Assembly (NCBI RefSeq): GCF_044704955.1
Contig: NC_092006.1
Location: forward strand, 5,022,001 to 5,086,000
DNA length: 64,000 nucleotides
Reading direction: 5' to 3'
Origin: Pristiophorus japonicus
Lineage: Eukaryota
Part shown: piece after piece, positions 1 to 13,800 of the stretch
Numbering within the stretch: position 1 is the stretch's first letter
Layout: each line of letters opens with the position of its first letter
Program-made: the position numbers and the translations under genes
Notes under the pieces: model-generated
The model's input: only the letters and a program-made list of their open reading frames with translations
What the model was told of the DNA's origin: nothing
The model's database searches: none

Positions 1-221
1 TTCAGGAGAAACTTCTTTACCCAGAGAGCGGTGAGAATATGGAACTCGCTGCCACAGGGAGGGGTTGAGGCAAATAGTATCAATGTATTTAAGGGGAAGC
101 TGGATAAACACATGGGGGAGAAGGGAATAGAGGGATATAGGGATGGGGTGAGATGGAGAGGGGAGGGAGGGGGCTGGTGTGGAGCATAAACCCCGGCACG
201 GAGCGGTGGGGCCAAATGGCA

Positions 222-889
222 CAGGCGGTGAAGAAGGCAAGTGGTATGTTGGCCTTCATAGCGAGGGGATTTGAGTATAGGAGCAGGGAGGTCTTACTGC
301 AGTTGTACAGGGCCTTGGTGAGGCCTCATCTGGAATATTGTGTACAGTTTTGGTCTCCTAATCTGAGGAAGGACATTCTTGCTATTGAGGGAGTGCAGCG
401 AAGGTTCACCAGACTGATTCCCGGGATGGCAGGACTGACATATGAAGAAAGACTGGATCGACTAGGCTTATATTCACTGGAGTTTAGAAGAATGAGAGGG
501 GATCTCATAGAAACATATAAAATTCTGACGGGACTGGACAGGTTAGATGCAGGAAGAATGTTCCCGATGTTGGGGAAGTCCAGAACCAGGGTTCACAATC
601 TAAGGATAAGGGGTAAGCCATTTAGGACCGAGTTGAGGAGAAACTTCTTCACCCAGAGAATTGTGAACCTGTGGAATTCTCTACCACAGAAAGTTGTTGA
701 GGCCAGTTCGTTGGAAATATTCAGAAGGGAGTTAGATGTGGCCCTTACGGCTAAAGGGATCAAGGGGTATGGAGAGAAAGCAGGAATGGGGTACTGAAGT
801 TGCATGATCAGCCATGATCATATTGAATGGCGGTGCAGGCTCCAAGGGCCGAATGGCCTACTCCTGCACCTACTTTCTATGTTTCTATG
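222..889 (+). mobile_element. CR1-clade LINE (HER1-like) 5'-truncated ORF2 end plus 3' UTR
   Basis: [40 protein letters not shown]; (TTCTATG)-type tail. Confidence 0.92.
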
Positions 890-2237
890 AGTAGCCTGTG
901 TCTGTGCTGCACGCTGTGTGCAATTCTACCTGAAGGGTCACCCTCTGCAGAAGAATGAAATGGTGTGGGGAACGGAGCGATGAGAGCAAGCGAGGTAAGT
1001 TTCGAATCAATTACCGGTAGAGTTTGGCCGCGAGTCGAGCGGACCAATTTTTGCACTTTGCTGAATTTCTGAGCCGAGGTGCAGCAGTCCTTGACCTCAA
1101 AGGGCAGAGAAGCGAGGGCGACCCTGAAGCAGAGAGGTCAGGAGGATACAACCCGGCCACAGCCAGAGCAGAGGCGCCCGGCTTGTGGGCCGCGCGTGAC
1201 GCGGTAGGCGCCTCGCCCGCTGCTCACGCTGCTTGCGGGGAGGGGCCGCTTGCGAACAGACGCGAAAGGCTCAGCCACGAACTGGTGGAAATAGCTGCAC
1301 TGCCACAGATTCTGCCTTAGCCCGAAAGAGAGTGGCCGAGCTCGAAGCTCTCTGTGGTTTTCCTGTTGCTGCAGAAAGGTCAAACTCTGAGACATCACAT
1401 CAAACCGCTCGCAGTTTGCCGCCCAGAGTACATTCAACCAAAACTACAGCAGCCCCCGTGTGCATTAACCTCATGTGCACCATTGCCTTTCTAGGTGGCG
1501 GTGCTCGGACAGAAGGAATTGGTGTTATTCTGAGTCCCAGTTACATTCATTAACCACCCCCCCCGCACTCCCTCCTCCACCGCGGCTGCAGTGTGCACCA
1601 TCTATCTGGCAAGTGTCTCACCTCCTGACTCCCCCAAAGCCTCTCCCACCATCTCCAAGTCAGGAGTGTGATGGAACACTCCCCACTTGCCTGGATGAGT
1701 TGCAGCTCCAGCAACGCTCGAGAAGCTCGACACCGTCCAGGACAAAGCAGCCCCGCTCGATCGGCCACGCTCCCCACCACCTTCAACACTCACTCCCTCC
1801 ACCACCGGCGCACCGTGGCTGCAGTGTGCACCGTCTACACGATGCACCGCGGCAACTCGCCAAGGCTTCTTCGGCAGCACCTCCCAAACCCGCCACCTCT
1901 ACCCGCTATACCAGGGGTGGATTAACCCCACCAAAGAACATCGGCCCACCAAATAAAGGTAGGAACAAAATATAAGGCCTTCCAAATAGGCTGAATAGAA
2001 TCCACAACGAGAGAGGGGAAAAGCAAGACTGAGGAAAATATCGTTTGTTGGCCTAACGTGTACATAGATCAACGACAGGCCAAATCCACCCTTTTCACTC
2101 TGTGTATTGAACATGGCTGCTGGCTACTATTGAAATGGGAGACATCATTGAGAAATTCCCATGTAGGAAATCTCGCAATGTTATCCTATAAAGTACCTAC
2201 GGGCTATATACTGGCTGATACAGGCTAGATTCACTTG

Positions 2238-2517
2238 TATATACCTATATACACTAATGTACCTATATACACTAATGTACCTATATACAGAAGTACCTAT
2301 ATACACGAATGTATCTATATACACTAATGTACCTATATACACTAATGCACCTATATACAGGAATACACCTATATACAGAAGTACCTATACACACTAATGT
2401 ACCTATATACACTAATGCACCTATATACAGGAATACACCTATATACAGAAGTACCTATATACACGAATGTACCTATATACAGAAGTACCTATATTTACTA
2501 ATGTATCTATATACAGA
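2238..2517 (+). repeat. 16-18 bp tandem repeat (TACCTATATACACTAATG variants)
   Basis: Direct periodicity. Confidence 0.9.
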
Positions 2518-5500
2518 ACAGAAAATGTAGTAACCTGTTTTATTTCACATGTTATTGAGAGAAATTTGCATCTCTAGATAGGAACCTAGTATTACAATAT
2601 TACCAGAATATATACCTACTTGATACAGAATATATGCTTTCATTGTTGAATAAACTGGCCTATGTTTTCATACTCAGAATCAGAATCATACACATCATGT
2701 AATGAAGATGAACAAATGTAATTATCGGCCCATTTGGATTAGTTTGCCCCAGGACCTTAATCTGGTCCTGAAGGGCAGCAGGTGTATGGGAACACCACCC
2801 CCTCCACATTCCCCTCCCTGTCACACACCATCCCGACTTGGAAATATATCGGCCGTTCCTTCATCGTCGCTGGGTCACAATCCTGGAACTCCCTCCCTAA
2901 CAGCACTGTGGGAGCACCTTCACCACACGGACTGCAGCGGTTCAAGAAGGCGGCTCACCACCACCACCTTCTCAAGGGGCAATTAGGGATGGGCAATAAA
3001 TGCCGGCCTTGGCCAGCGATGTCCATATCCCAGGAACAAATAAAACATTTTTTATTAAAAGGTAAAGAAAAGTGTGTAATATTCTTACCACGTTAACCTG
3101 AAACAACTCAAAAGTTACCCCGCATAAAGCATTCTGTATCTTCACCAGTTAGAATCAATATATCGGAGATGAGCAAGCCATCTGCCAGAACTGTAACCAA
3201 AGCATGTTTTTTATTACTTTAACAGGTTCTCTAGGGGATATATTTTTCTCGTTTTCCAATTCAAACGAGCAAACAAGTGATCGGATTTTGTATTTTTTTT
3301 AAAATCCAGACGTATTCATGCATAATTCATGTTTTCATAAAAGTTGAATTAGTACTTAAAATAAAAAGCAAAGTGCGTATATATCAAATTCTTACAAACT
3401 TTTCACCCAACTCCCTCAGTGTACTTCCTCCCAGATCGCCCCAGTGCAGATTCTCGGAGATTTTGCTCTCAATTTTTGTTGAATTTCCACTCAGAATTAT
3501 TCGCAGTGAAATCACAAGCCAGCTGGAATACCTTCGCGGTTCCGCTAACAATAGCGATCATAAGACAGCATTAACGGTACCGCTAATAGATTGCAGCCGG
3601 GGTTCAATTTCCCTTCGGTTATTCGGTGTACGGAAACGCCTGCGTGCAGCATTGGGGGGGGACAAATGTTCAATGTAACCTCCTCCTGGCAAAACACTTG
3701 CAATTTAGGAGCATCGAACACAAGTAGGAACATTTTTTTAACATAGTCCTACTCCGGTTAAAAGGCTCGGCTGTGACCACCACCACTCGGCTGTGTGGCC
3801 CAATGCTGTCCCGGGGAATTTACAGCCACGGAAACATAGAAAATAGGTGCAGGAGTAGGCCATTCGGCCCTTCGAGCCTGCACCACCATTCGATATGATC
3901 ATGGCTGGTCATGCAACTTCAGTACCCCATTCCCTGCTTTCTCTCCATACCCCCTGATCCCTTTAGCCGTAAGGGCCAACTCTAACTCCCTGTTGTCGGG
4001 CACTTCCAAAGGCAAAGGCACCTGCAGGGTGTACGTGTGCATGTATATGTAAAGGGCGGCCAGATATATAAAATGGCTGCCAGAGATTCCGCAAAGCATT
4101 AGGGGAATTTAGCTAGCCAGCTTGACTACGTTCCTAGCAACTGAAAAGGGCGCGCTCAGCAGAATGTCTCGAATCAGCAACCCCCCCAGACAAGATGTCC
4201 TGGTAGATTACTAGACAATGGGATCCCTGTAACTGTGCAACTGAGTAATGGGATTCTCATAACTGTATCAAGATAAGGAGGTTAGGCGCCAACAAAACCC
4301 AAGGACAGTTGAGGTAAGGGGGTCTGGAAAAACATCAGGAGACCAGAAGTAACTCCTTTCCTGGACATGAAGTGATCACACAGCCCCTGCTACTGAGGGG
4401 CCAAATCCATTGGCCCAAAGGAACCGATATGTAACCGATACTCGTTATGATTGGATTGTGTCCAGCCGAGATGGGCTGAGTAATTGTAGTGAACTGACTG
4501 TAAAACATATAAGTAGTGATGAATTGCTTTGTTCGGTGGAGAGGAGTGCCTGGAGTTACCCAGAGGCTGTCTCCCCGCCGGCGTAAACAAACCGTTTTTG
4601 ACGTTTGGAACCGACCCGAGTGACGATCGATTCTTCCAGAAAACATCCGCGCCAACACTCCCTTTTGAATATATCCAACGAACTGGCCTCAACAACTTTC
4701 TGTGGTAGAGAATTGCACAGGTTCACCATTCTCTGGGTGAAGAAGTTTCTCCTCATCTCGGTCCTATATGGCTTACCCCTTACCCTTAGACTGTGACCCC
4801 TAATGTGGAGTGTGACCTCTGCCAATTGCAACCCCGCTGGAGACAATTGGAACTGATCACAGGGCTGGTTCTATCGCTCAGTGTAATGAATTCTGAAACA
4901 AAACCCTCTTTGATGCGATTCATTTACCGGGGTGGACTGCACACACAGCTCTGGGTTCGTTTCTAGAGCAGTGGAATTGCAAAGGCGAGATGCTCTATGC
5001 TTACATGGAACCAAGGTTGGACCACACTTGGAGCACTGTGCATAATTCTGGTCTCCACATTCGAAAAATAGAGAAGGTACGAAAAAGATAAACAAGGACG
5101 AGACCAAGGACTGAGGGGTTGGAATCATAGAATCCGAGACGTTTACAGCAGGGAAAGAGGCCGTTCAGCCCATCGTGTCCACGCCGGCCGACAAAGAGCC
5201 ACCCAGCCTATTCCCACTTTCCAGCTCTCGGTCCGTAGCCCTGTAGGTTACAGCACTTCAGGTGCACATCCAAATGTGGTGAGGGTTTCTGCCTCTACCA
5301 CCCTTTCAGGCAGTGAGTTCCAGACCCCCACCACCCTCTGGGTGAAGACATTTCACCTCAAATCACCTCTAAACCTTCCCCCCCCTCCTAATTACGTTCA
5401 ATCTCTGCCCCCTGGTTGTTGACCCCTCTGCCAAGGGAAACAGGGTTACACCTATCAGGAAAGTCCTGTGGAGTGACCTAATAGGGGGTCTTTAAAATGA

Positions 5501-5963
5501 TGAAAGGGTAGGGCAGACAGAGAAAGGGAATGGTTCCACTTGTGATGGGAGACCAGAACCAGGGGCCGTTAATATAAGACAGTCACTAATAAACCCAATG
5601 GCGAATTCAGGAGAAACTTCTTTACCCAGAGAGCGGTGAGAATGTGGAACTCACTGCCACAGGGGTTGAGGCGAATAGTATCGATGCATTTAAGGGGAAG
5701 CTGGATAAACACATGAGGGAGAAAGGAATAGAGGGATATGGGGATGGGGTGAGATGGAGAGGGGTGGGAGGGGGCTGGTGTGGAGCATAAACACCGGCAC
5801 GGAGCGATGGGCCGCTTCTGTGCCGTAATATCAAAAAGTCTTAACGACTAATGCAAACAGAGCATAACTGTGCTATGAATTTTCCTGTGGACACAAATTA
5901 CAATACATCGTGGAACACTGCAATCATTGTTATCGTTTGCCGAGGTGTTCAATCAAACTACGA

Positions 5964-6845
5964 GAAAGAAAGAAAGACTTGCATTTACATAGCGCCTTTC
6001 ACGATCAAAGGACATCTCAAAGCGCTTCACAGCTAATGAAGTACTTTTGGGGTGCAGTCACTGTTGTAATGTGGGAAACGCAGCAGCCAATTTGCGCACA
6101 GCAAGCTCCCACACACAGCAATGTGATAATGACCCAGATCATCTATTTTAGTGATGTTGGTTGAGGGATAAATATTGGCCCCAGGACACCGGGGAGAACT
6201 CCCCCTGCTCTTCTTCCAATAGTGGCCGTGGGATCTTTTACATACGGGGCCTCGGTTTAATGTCTCATCTGAAAGAGGGCACCTCCGACAGTGCGGCGCT
6301 CCCTCAGTACTGCCCCTCCAACAGTGCGGCGCTCCCTCAGAACTGCCCCTCCGACAGTGTGGCGCTCCCTCAGTACTGCCCCTCCGACAGTGCGGCGCTC
6401 CCTCAGTACCGCCCCTCCGACAGTGCGGCGCTCCCTCGGTACTGCCCCTCCGACAGTGCGGCGCTCCCTCAGAACTGCCCCTCTGACAGTGCGGCACTCC
6501 CTCTGCACTGCCCCTCCGACAGTGCGGCGCTCCCTCAGTACTACCCCTCCGACAGTGCGGCGCTCCCTCAGTACCGCTCCTCCGACAGTGCGGCGCTCCC
6601 TCAGTACCGCCCCTCCGACAGTGCGGCGCTCCCTCAGTACTGACCCTCCGACAGTGCGGCGCTCCCTCAGTACTGCCCCGCCGACAGTGCGGTGCTCCCT
6701 CAGTACTGCCCCTCCGACAGTGTGGCACTCCCTCTGCACTGCACTGGAGTGTCAGCCTGGATTTACGTGCTCAAGTCCCTGGAGTGGGACTCGAACCCAC
6801 AACCTTCTGCCTCGGAGGCGCGGGTGCTGCCCATTGAGCCACATT
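5964..6845 (-). mobile_element. tRNA-derived Deu-domain SINE (SacSINE1/AmnSINE1-like) with internal 33-bp tandem expansion
   Basis: A box TGGCTCAATGG and B box GGTTCGAGTCC at 6785-6842; Deu-like core GGCCAATATTTATCCCTCAACC..; tail AGGCGCTAT.TAAATGCAAG; about 14 copies of CTCCGACAGTGCGGCGCTCCCTCAGTACTGCCC at 6283-6740. Confidence 0.8.
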
Positions 6846-8344
6846 GGTAAATAGTGAAGTATTCCTGTGGATCGAGTGAATTCAGAAGAATAAACACGGT
6901 TGTCTCTGCCGTTATTTATGCAATAGGTTCAGTCAGTGGAAACCTACGCAATGGGCCTTAACAGAAAGGAGGGCAGTGCATGATATATTTTTAAATAGTA
7001 GGACTGATTTAAGAAAGGATTTGGATTCATTCAGCTTCTGTCTGAGTGCAATGAACGAAGGTGTCTCACCGATTAGATTTCCGCGTGCATCTTGTGTCCT
7101 GGGGAGCAACAGACCAGTAACTAACACATTACATGCAGCGCGGTCTGGTCCCTTGCAAGTAAGCTGTAGCAAGAATGTGTCACAACCTCTTTGCAGAATA
7201 AACTATAATGACCACTTTCGGATAACACAGCGAGCTTTCACCTCCCAAACCCACGGCTTCCACCACCTAGAAGAACAAGGGCAGCAGGCGCATGGGAACA
7301 CCACCACCTCCAAGTCCCACACATAGAATCAGGGAAGGGTTACAGCACAGAGTCCGGCCATTTGTCCCGTCGAGCTCGTGCCGGCTCTCTGCAAGAGCAC
7401 CTCAGCCAGTCCCACTCCCCCGCCCTTTCCCCCGTACCCTTGCAAATGTTGTTTCCTTCAGGTAATTATCCAACTCCCTTTTGAAAGCCACGTTTGAGTC
7501 TGCCTCTACCACCCTCTCAGGCAGTATATTCCAGACCCTAACCACTCGCTGCTGAAAAATAGTTTTTCCTCATTTCGCCTTTGCTTCTTCTGCCTTAAAT
7601 CTGTGTCCTCTGCTTCTCCACCCTTCTCCCAACGGGAACAGTTCCTCTCTGTCTGGACCCCTCACGATTTGGCCATCCTGACTTGGGCATAGGTCATTGG
7701 GTCACAATCCTGGAACTCCCTCCCTAACAGCACTGTTAGGAGCACCTTCACCACAGCGGACTGTCGAACTCATTTGGCAGAACGTCTGATCGCCAGAGCT
7801 TTCACACAAGCACCAAGATGTAGCTTAGTTGGCGGTGAGGAGGGCCTTACCCGTCAGAGCCTTCATGCACAGCCGACGTCTCAGCAGCACGGCAAGGTGC
7901 CCCCGAGTCGGCTGTGGGGCGGACGAGACTGTCACCCTTCTCCTTCGGGATTGCGCCTTCGCAAGGCAGGTTTGGAAAGAGATGCAGTGGTTGCTGTCGA
8001 GGTTCATCCCGAGCAGCTCCGTAACACAGGACCCTGTGCTCTAGGGGCTGTTCCCAGGGACACACACCCAGACAGACATCACCTGCTGCTGGAGGGTCAT
8101 CGACTCGGTCAAAGACGCTCTTTGGTCTTGCCGAGACTTGCTGGTCTTCCAGAGCAAGGAGATGTCCACGGCCGAGTGTTGCAGACTGGCGCAATCCACG
8201 ATCCAGGATTACGTGCTGAGGGACACACTTAAAATTGGTGCAGTCGCCGCAAAGGCACGGTGGGGAAGGGCCGCAGTTTAAAGCCCTTCTGCCACGGTAA
8301 ACCCAGGGGCAGGAATCAGTACAAAACTCCCCTCGGGCCGTACT

Positions 8345-9930
8345 TTTTTTAAATTTCAAAGTATACTTTATTCATATAAAAATCTGTACAGTACATTCAA
8401 AAGCAGTTCAGTACATTTAGCTGCGGTCAGCAATCCCATACACTACATTTGGGTGCTGACGGAAGTTCCGTTCGATACATTTCCTTGCTTTTCAGTTCAA
8501 GTACAATTCGGTACAATACGGGATACCTTGTAGTAACATAGAAACATAGAAAATAGGTGCAGGAGTAGGCCATTCGGCCCTTCTAGCCTGCACTGCCATT
8601 CAATGAGTTCATGGCTGAACATTCAACTTCAGTACCCCATTCCTGCTTTCTCGCCATATCCCTTGGTCCCCCTAGTAGTAAGGACCTCATCTAACTCCTT
8701 TTTGAATATATTTAGTGAATTGGCCTCAACAACTTTCTGTGGTAGAGAATTCCACAGGTTCACCACTCTCTGGGTGAAGAAGTTCCTCCGCATCTCGGTC
8801 CTAAATGGCTTACCCCTTATCCTTAGACTGTGACCTCTGGTTCTGGACTTCCCCAACATTGGGAACATTCTTCCTGCATCTAACCTGTCTAACCCCGTCA
8901 GAATTTTAAATGTTTCTATGAGGTCCCCTCTCATTCTTCTGAACTCCAGTGAATACAAGCCCAGTTGATCCAGTCTTTCTTGATAGGTCAGTCCCGCCAT
9001 CCCGGGAATCAGTCTGGTGAACCTTCGCTGCACTCCCTCAATAGCAAGAATGACCTTCCTCAGGTTAGGAGACCAAAACTGTACACAATACTCCAGGTGT
9101 GGCCTCACCAATGCCCTGTACAACTGTAGCAACACCTCCCTGCCCCTGTACTCAAATCCCTTTGCTATGAAGGCCAACATGCCATTTGCTTTCTTAACCG
9201 CCTGCTGCACCTGCATGCCAACCTTCAATGACTGATGTACCATGACACCCAGGTCTCGTTGCACCTCCCCTTTTCCTAATCTGTCACCATTCAGATAATA
9301 GTCTGTCTCTCTGTTTTTACCACCAAAGTGGATAACCTCACATTCGACAAATTACATTACACGTGTCACTATACAGTACACGGAATGGGTGACGGTACAT
9401 TTACATTTTTTCTTTTCAACGTGCATTACGAAACAGACCTTGCATTGTACATGGCACTACACAGGTGTTTACAGATCATGGTGCTCCATGTACACAAAAA
9501 AGAAGTTACAAGTACGGCCTGAGGGGAGTTTTGTACTGATTCCTGCCCCCGGGTTTATCGTGGCAGAAGGGCTTTAAACTGCGGCCCTTCCCCACCGTGC
9601 CTTTGCGGCGACTGCACCAATTTTAAGTGCGTCCCTCAGCACGTAATCCTGGATCGTGGATTGCGCCAGTCTGCAACACGCAGACGTGGACATCTCCTTG
9701 CTCTGGAAGACCAGCAAGTCTCGGCAAGACCAAAGAGCGTCTTTGACCGAGTTGATGACCCTCCAGCAGCAGGTGATGTCTGTCTCGGTGTGTGTCCCTG
9801 GGAACAGCCCGTAGAGCACAGAGTCCTGTGTTACGGAGCTGCTCGGGATGAACCTCGACAGCAACCACTGCATCTCCTTCCAAACCTGCCTTGCGAAGGG
9901 GCAATCCTGAAGGAGAAGGGTGACAGTCTC
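8345..9930 (-). mobile_element. Second Tx1/L1-clade copy, inverted, itself interrupted by CR1
   Basis: Poly-T at 8344; ORF 9574-9873 matches the Tx1 peptide; flanked by CTCGGGC(C/T)GTACTT duplication. Confidence 0.75.
8535..9342 (-). mobile_element. CR1-clade LINE fragment
   Basis: ORF 8629-9264, CR1 RT C-terminus. Confidence 0.92.
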
Positions 9931-10666
9931 GGGCTGTACTTGTTAATCTGCTTGTATACATAGAGCACCATGTACTGACAAACACCTGTGTTTGTGCCAT
10001 GTACAATGCAAGTCTCTGCACTGTTTAGTAACTTGTAAAGAAATGTAAATGTATTCTCACCCCGTTCCGTGCACTGCTTTCAACTGCACAGCGCTACATG
10101 TAACATGATTTACGGATTGTACTAAACCGTACCTTGAAATGAAATGCACTCGAGTGCATTGTACGGAACTGCTGTCAGCATCCAAATGAATTGCATGGAA
10201 TTGTTGGCCACAAGTTGCTGAACTATTTTCCAATGTATTGTGAACATTTTATATGAATAAAGTATATTTTTGGAAAACAAAAACACGGACTGCAGCGGTT
10301 CAAGAAGGCGGCTCACCACCGCCTTCTCAAGGGGCGATTGGGGATAGGCAATAAATGCCGGCCTGGCCAGCGACGCCCAGATCCTGTGAACGAATCAAAC
10401 ACAATTCTAAACTTTTAACTGCCAAAATGAATAGTCAGAACAGTGTAAAATGTGCACACCCATACCGTAATCTTTCCGCCATGCTCTCCGAACGACAATG
10501 CAGCAAAGCTCTTCGCGTCCATTCTGCAACTCGCACTAGCCTGGCCACTGTGACGCACAGACACTGGCCACATCTCAAGTGCATGAAGGATGGGATTGCT
10601 CAGGGCACGGCACCCAAAAGGCTTAGGTCGTAATAGTTTCCACTGCATCTGAAGGGGCTGCAACCG

Positions 10667-10668
<2 letters not shown>

Positions 10669-10698
<30 letters not shown>
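10669..10698 (+). repeat. (TG)n microsatellite about 80 bp upstream of the gene A ATG
   Basis: Direct. Confidence 0.95.
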
Positions 10699-10699
<1 letters not shown>

Positions 10700-10779
10700 A
10701 CGGAACATTTGTCGCCCTCTCCGACTGTAGAATGTTCTGAGCGAGCACGGGAATAGCTGAGTGTGCCCCCGGCCCCAGG

Positions 10780-10837
10780 ATGTTGCTGGAAGCGTTTCCC
10801 CTGATCCTCACACTCCACCACGTGTGTTGGAATTACG
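10780..10837 (+). CDS. Gene A leader exon (MLLEAFPLILTLHHVCWNY-G)
   Basis: ATG, hydrophobic core, and phase-1 donor TACG|gtgagt matching the phase-1 V exon acceptor. Confidence 0.7.
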
Positions 10838-13800
10838 GTGAGTGACCCGTGCTTGGGACCAGCCGAAAACGGGAAACAAGGGGACTGTGTTTGCGGAGTT
10901 GAAAATGTGACCCAGCTTTTGCCCCGATATTTTCGCCCCCTCTCCCTATCTCTGTAACCTCCTTCAGCCCTGCAACCCTCCCTATCTCTGTAACCTCCTT
11001 CAGCCCTGCAACCCTCCCTATCACTGTAACCCCCTCCAGCCCCTCCAACCCTCCCTATCTCTGTAACGCCCTCCAGCCCCTACACCTCTCCCTATCTCTG
11101 TAACCCCCTCCAGCCCCGACACCACTCCCTATCTCTGTAACCCCCTCCAGCCCCTGCAACCCTCCCTATCTCTGTAACCTCCTCCAGCCCTCCAAACCCC
11201 CCGCGATCTCTGCGCTCCCCAATTCTCTTGAACAACGCCAATTGTAATGACTCAACCATCGGTGGCCGTGCCTTCAGCTGCCTGGGCCCCAAGCTCTGGA
11301 ACTCCCTCCCTAAACCTCTCCGCCTCTCTCTCCTCCTTTAAGACGCTCCTTAAAACCGACTTCTTTGTCCCAGCTTTTGATCATTACCTAATATCTCATT
11401 TTGTGACTCGATGTCAAATTTCCGTGAAGCGTCTTGGGACATTCAATTACGTTGAAGGCGCTTTATAAAAGAGATATTTTGTTGTTGATAATGTTGGTTT
11501 ACTTTCAGGTCCTTCTACAAGGCTAAGCAAAGGCAAAGTAGAGAATGGGTCCAATCTGCCATAACTAAAGGCAATAATGCCGCTGGTCTTAAGTTACAGG
11601 CGATGGGTTTGAAAGCGGCCTCTCTCCATCTCTCAAAAATCAACATGAAGAAATTGTATTTATATAGCGCCTTTAATGTAGTGTCCTGGGGCCAATATTT
11701 ATCCCTCAACCAACATCGCTAAAACAGATGATTTGGGTCATTATCACATTGCTGTGTGTGGGAGCTTGCTGTGCGCAAATTGGCTGCCGCGTTTCCCACA
11801 TTACAACAGTGAGCACACTCCAAAAAACGGGCTTCATTGGCCGTAAAGCGTTTTGAGACGGCCGGTGGTCGTGAAAGGCGCTATATAAATCCAAGTCTTT
11901 CTTTCTTTTTAGTAAAACGCTTCACAGGAGAATTATTTTTAAAAATTTGACCCCGAGCCACATGAGGAGATATTAGGGACAGGTGACCAAAAGCTGGGTC
12001 AAAGAGATCGGTTTGAAGGAGTGTCTTAAAGAAGGAGAGCAAGGCGGAGAGGTTTAGGGAGGGAGTTCCAGAGCTTGGGGCCCAGGCAGCTGAAGGCACG
12101 GCCACCGATGGTGGAGCGATGGAAATCAGGGGATGGGCAAGAGGGCAGAATTGGAGGAGTGCAGAGATCTAGGAGGGTCGTGGGGGCTGAAGAAGGTTAC
12201 AGAGTTAGGGAGGGGTGTATGGGTTAGAGGAGGTTAAGAGATAGGGAGGAGTGTAGGGGCTGGAGAGGGTTACAGAGATCGGGAGGGGTGTAGGGGCTGG
12301 AGGGGGGTTACAGAGATAGGGAGGGAAATAGTGGCTGGAGGGGGTTACAGAGATAGGGAACGGTTTAGGGGCTGGTGGAGGTTACAGAGATAGGGAGGGG
12401 TGTAGGAGCTGGAGGAGGTTACAGAGATAGGGAGGGGTGTAGGGGCTGGAGGAGGTTACAGAGATTGGGAGGAGTGTAGGGGCTGAAGGAGGTTACAGAG
12501 ATTGGGAGGGGTGTAGGGGCTGGAGGAGGTTACAGAGATTGGGAGGGGTGTAGGGGCTGGAGGGGGTTACAGAGATAGGAAGGGGTGGAGGGGCTGGAAG
12601 GGATTACAGAGACAGGGAGCGGTTTAGGGGCTGGAGGGGGTTACAGAGATAGGGAGGGGTGTATGGGTTAGAGGAGGTTAAGAGATTGGGAGGGGTGTAG
12701 GGGCTGGAGGAGGTTACAGAGATTGGGAGGGGTGTAGGGGCTGGAGGAGGTTACAGAGATAGGGAGGGGTGCAGGGGCTGGAGGGGGTTACAGAGATAGG
12801 AAGGGGTGTAAGGGCTGGAGAGGATTACAGAGATAGGAATGGGTGTAAGGGCTGGACAGGATTACAGAAATAGGGAGCGGATTAGGGGCTGGAGGGGGTT
12901 ACAGAGATAGGGAGGGGTGTAGGGGCTGGAGGAGATTACAGAGATAGGGAGGGGTGTAGGGGCTGGAGGTTACAGAGATAGGGAAGGGGTGTAGAACTGG
13001 AGGAGGTGACAGATTTCGGGAGGGGGCGCGGCCATGGGGGGGATTTAAACACAAGGATGTGAATTTTGAAATCGGGGCGTTGTTTAACCAGGAGCCAGTG
13101 TGGGTCAGCGAGCACAGGGGGCGATGGGTGAGCGGGACTCGGTGCGAGTTGGGACACAGGTCAGCGAGCACAGGGGGCGATGGGTGAGCGGGACTGGCTG
13201 CGAGTTGGGACACAGGTCGGGGCTGCAGAAGTGTGGGATGAACTGGCATTGAAGGCGCGGGGGTCGGAGTAGACAAACCGTCTCTAATGGGACCCCCCCC
13301 CCCCATCTGTCCAGTCGCAGGATCTGAACCCTTCACTGTGACGGCGGCAGCCGGGGAGACGGTGGAACTGGAATGCCACCTGGATTACGAAGTGGATTTC
13401 ATGGACAGCTACTTCTGGTACAAGCAACTCGTGGGGGAAGCGCCCAAGTTGGTGCATATACCAGCCTGCAGTGGAACCGCCTGCAAGTTTACTTCGAAGA
13501 GAGGGCGCAACAAATTTATCCTGGTCCTGCAAATCCTGAAAGTGAACACTTCTGACGCCGCGTCCTACTACTGTGCTGCTAGGGATGGCTTTGCTCCCCT
13601 TAGGAACGGTTCCTTGCTGCTGGTTGGAGGTAAGAACAAAGCCCGATTGAATTCATCCCATGCACATGCGATTAAAATTGCATTAGCCAGAATTTAACTG
13701 TTTCTTTCATCTCCATCCCCACCCAGACAGTTCCACGCCTAAGACCGATGTGCTGGTGTTTGTGACTCCAGGGGAGCCACCTGTGAGGGAAACCATCCCC

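Larger units (their letters stand above)
7764..10284 (+). mobile_element. Tx1/L1-clade LINE 3' fragment (ORF2 C-terminal zinc-finger region) interrupted by an inverted Tx1 copy
   Basis: [24 protein letters not shown] motif; 3' UTR resumes at 9930; CGGACTG flanks both ends. Confidence 0.75.

Noticed and set aside
3277-3733. A fifth Ig-domain exon
   Set aside because: No Cys/Trp Ig pattern in the frames I translated; stops interrupt the minus-strand frames
6283-6740. 33-bp repeat array as CRISPR, or the repetitive ORFs (DSAALPQYCPS)n as a protein
   Set aside because: No unique spacers, eukaryotic context, lies inside a SINE; the ORFs arise because the unit length is a multiple of 3
6780-6845. 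tRNA gene (also 25705-25770, 36180-36235, 53280-53342)
   Set aside because: The A/B boxes belong to SINE heads that continue into the SINE body
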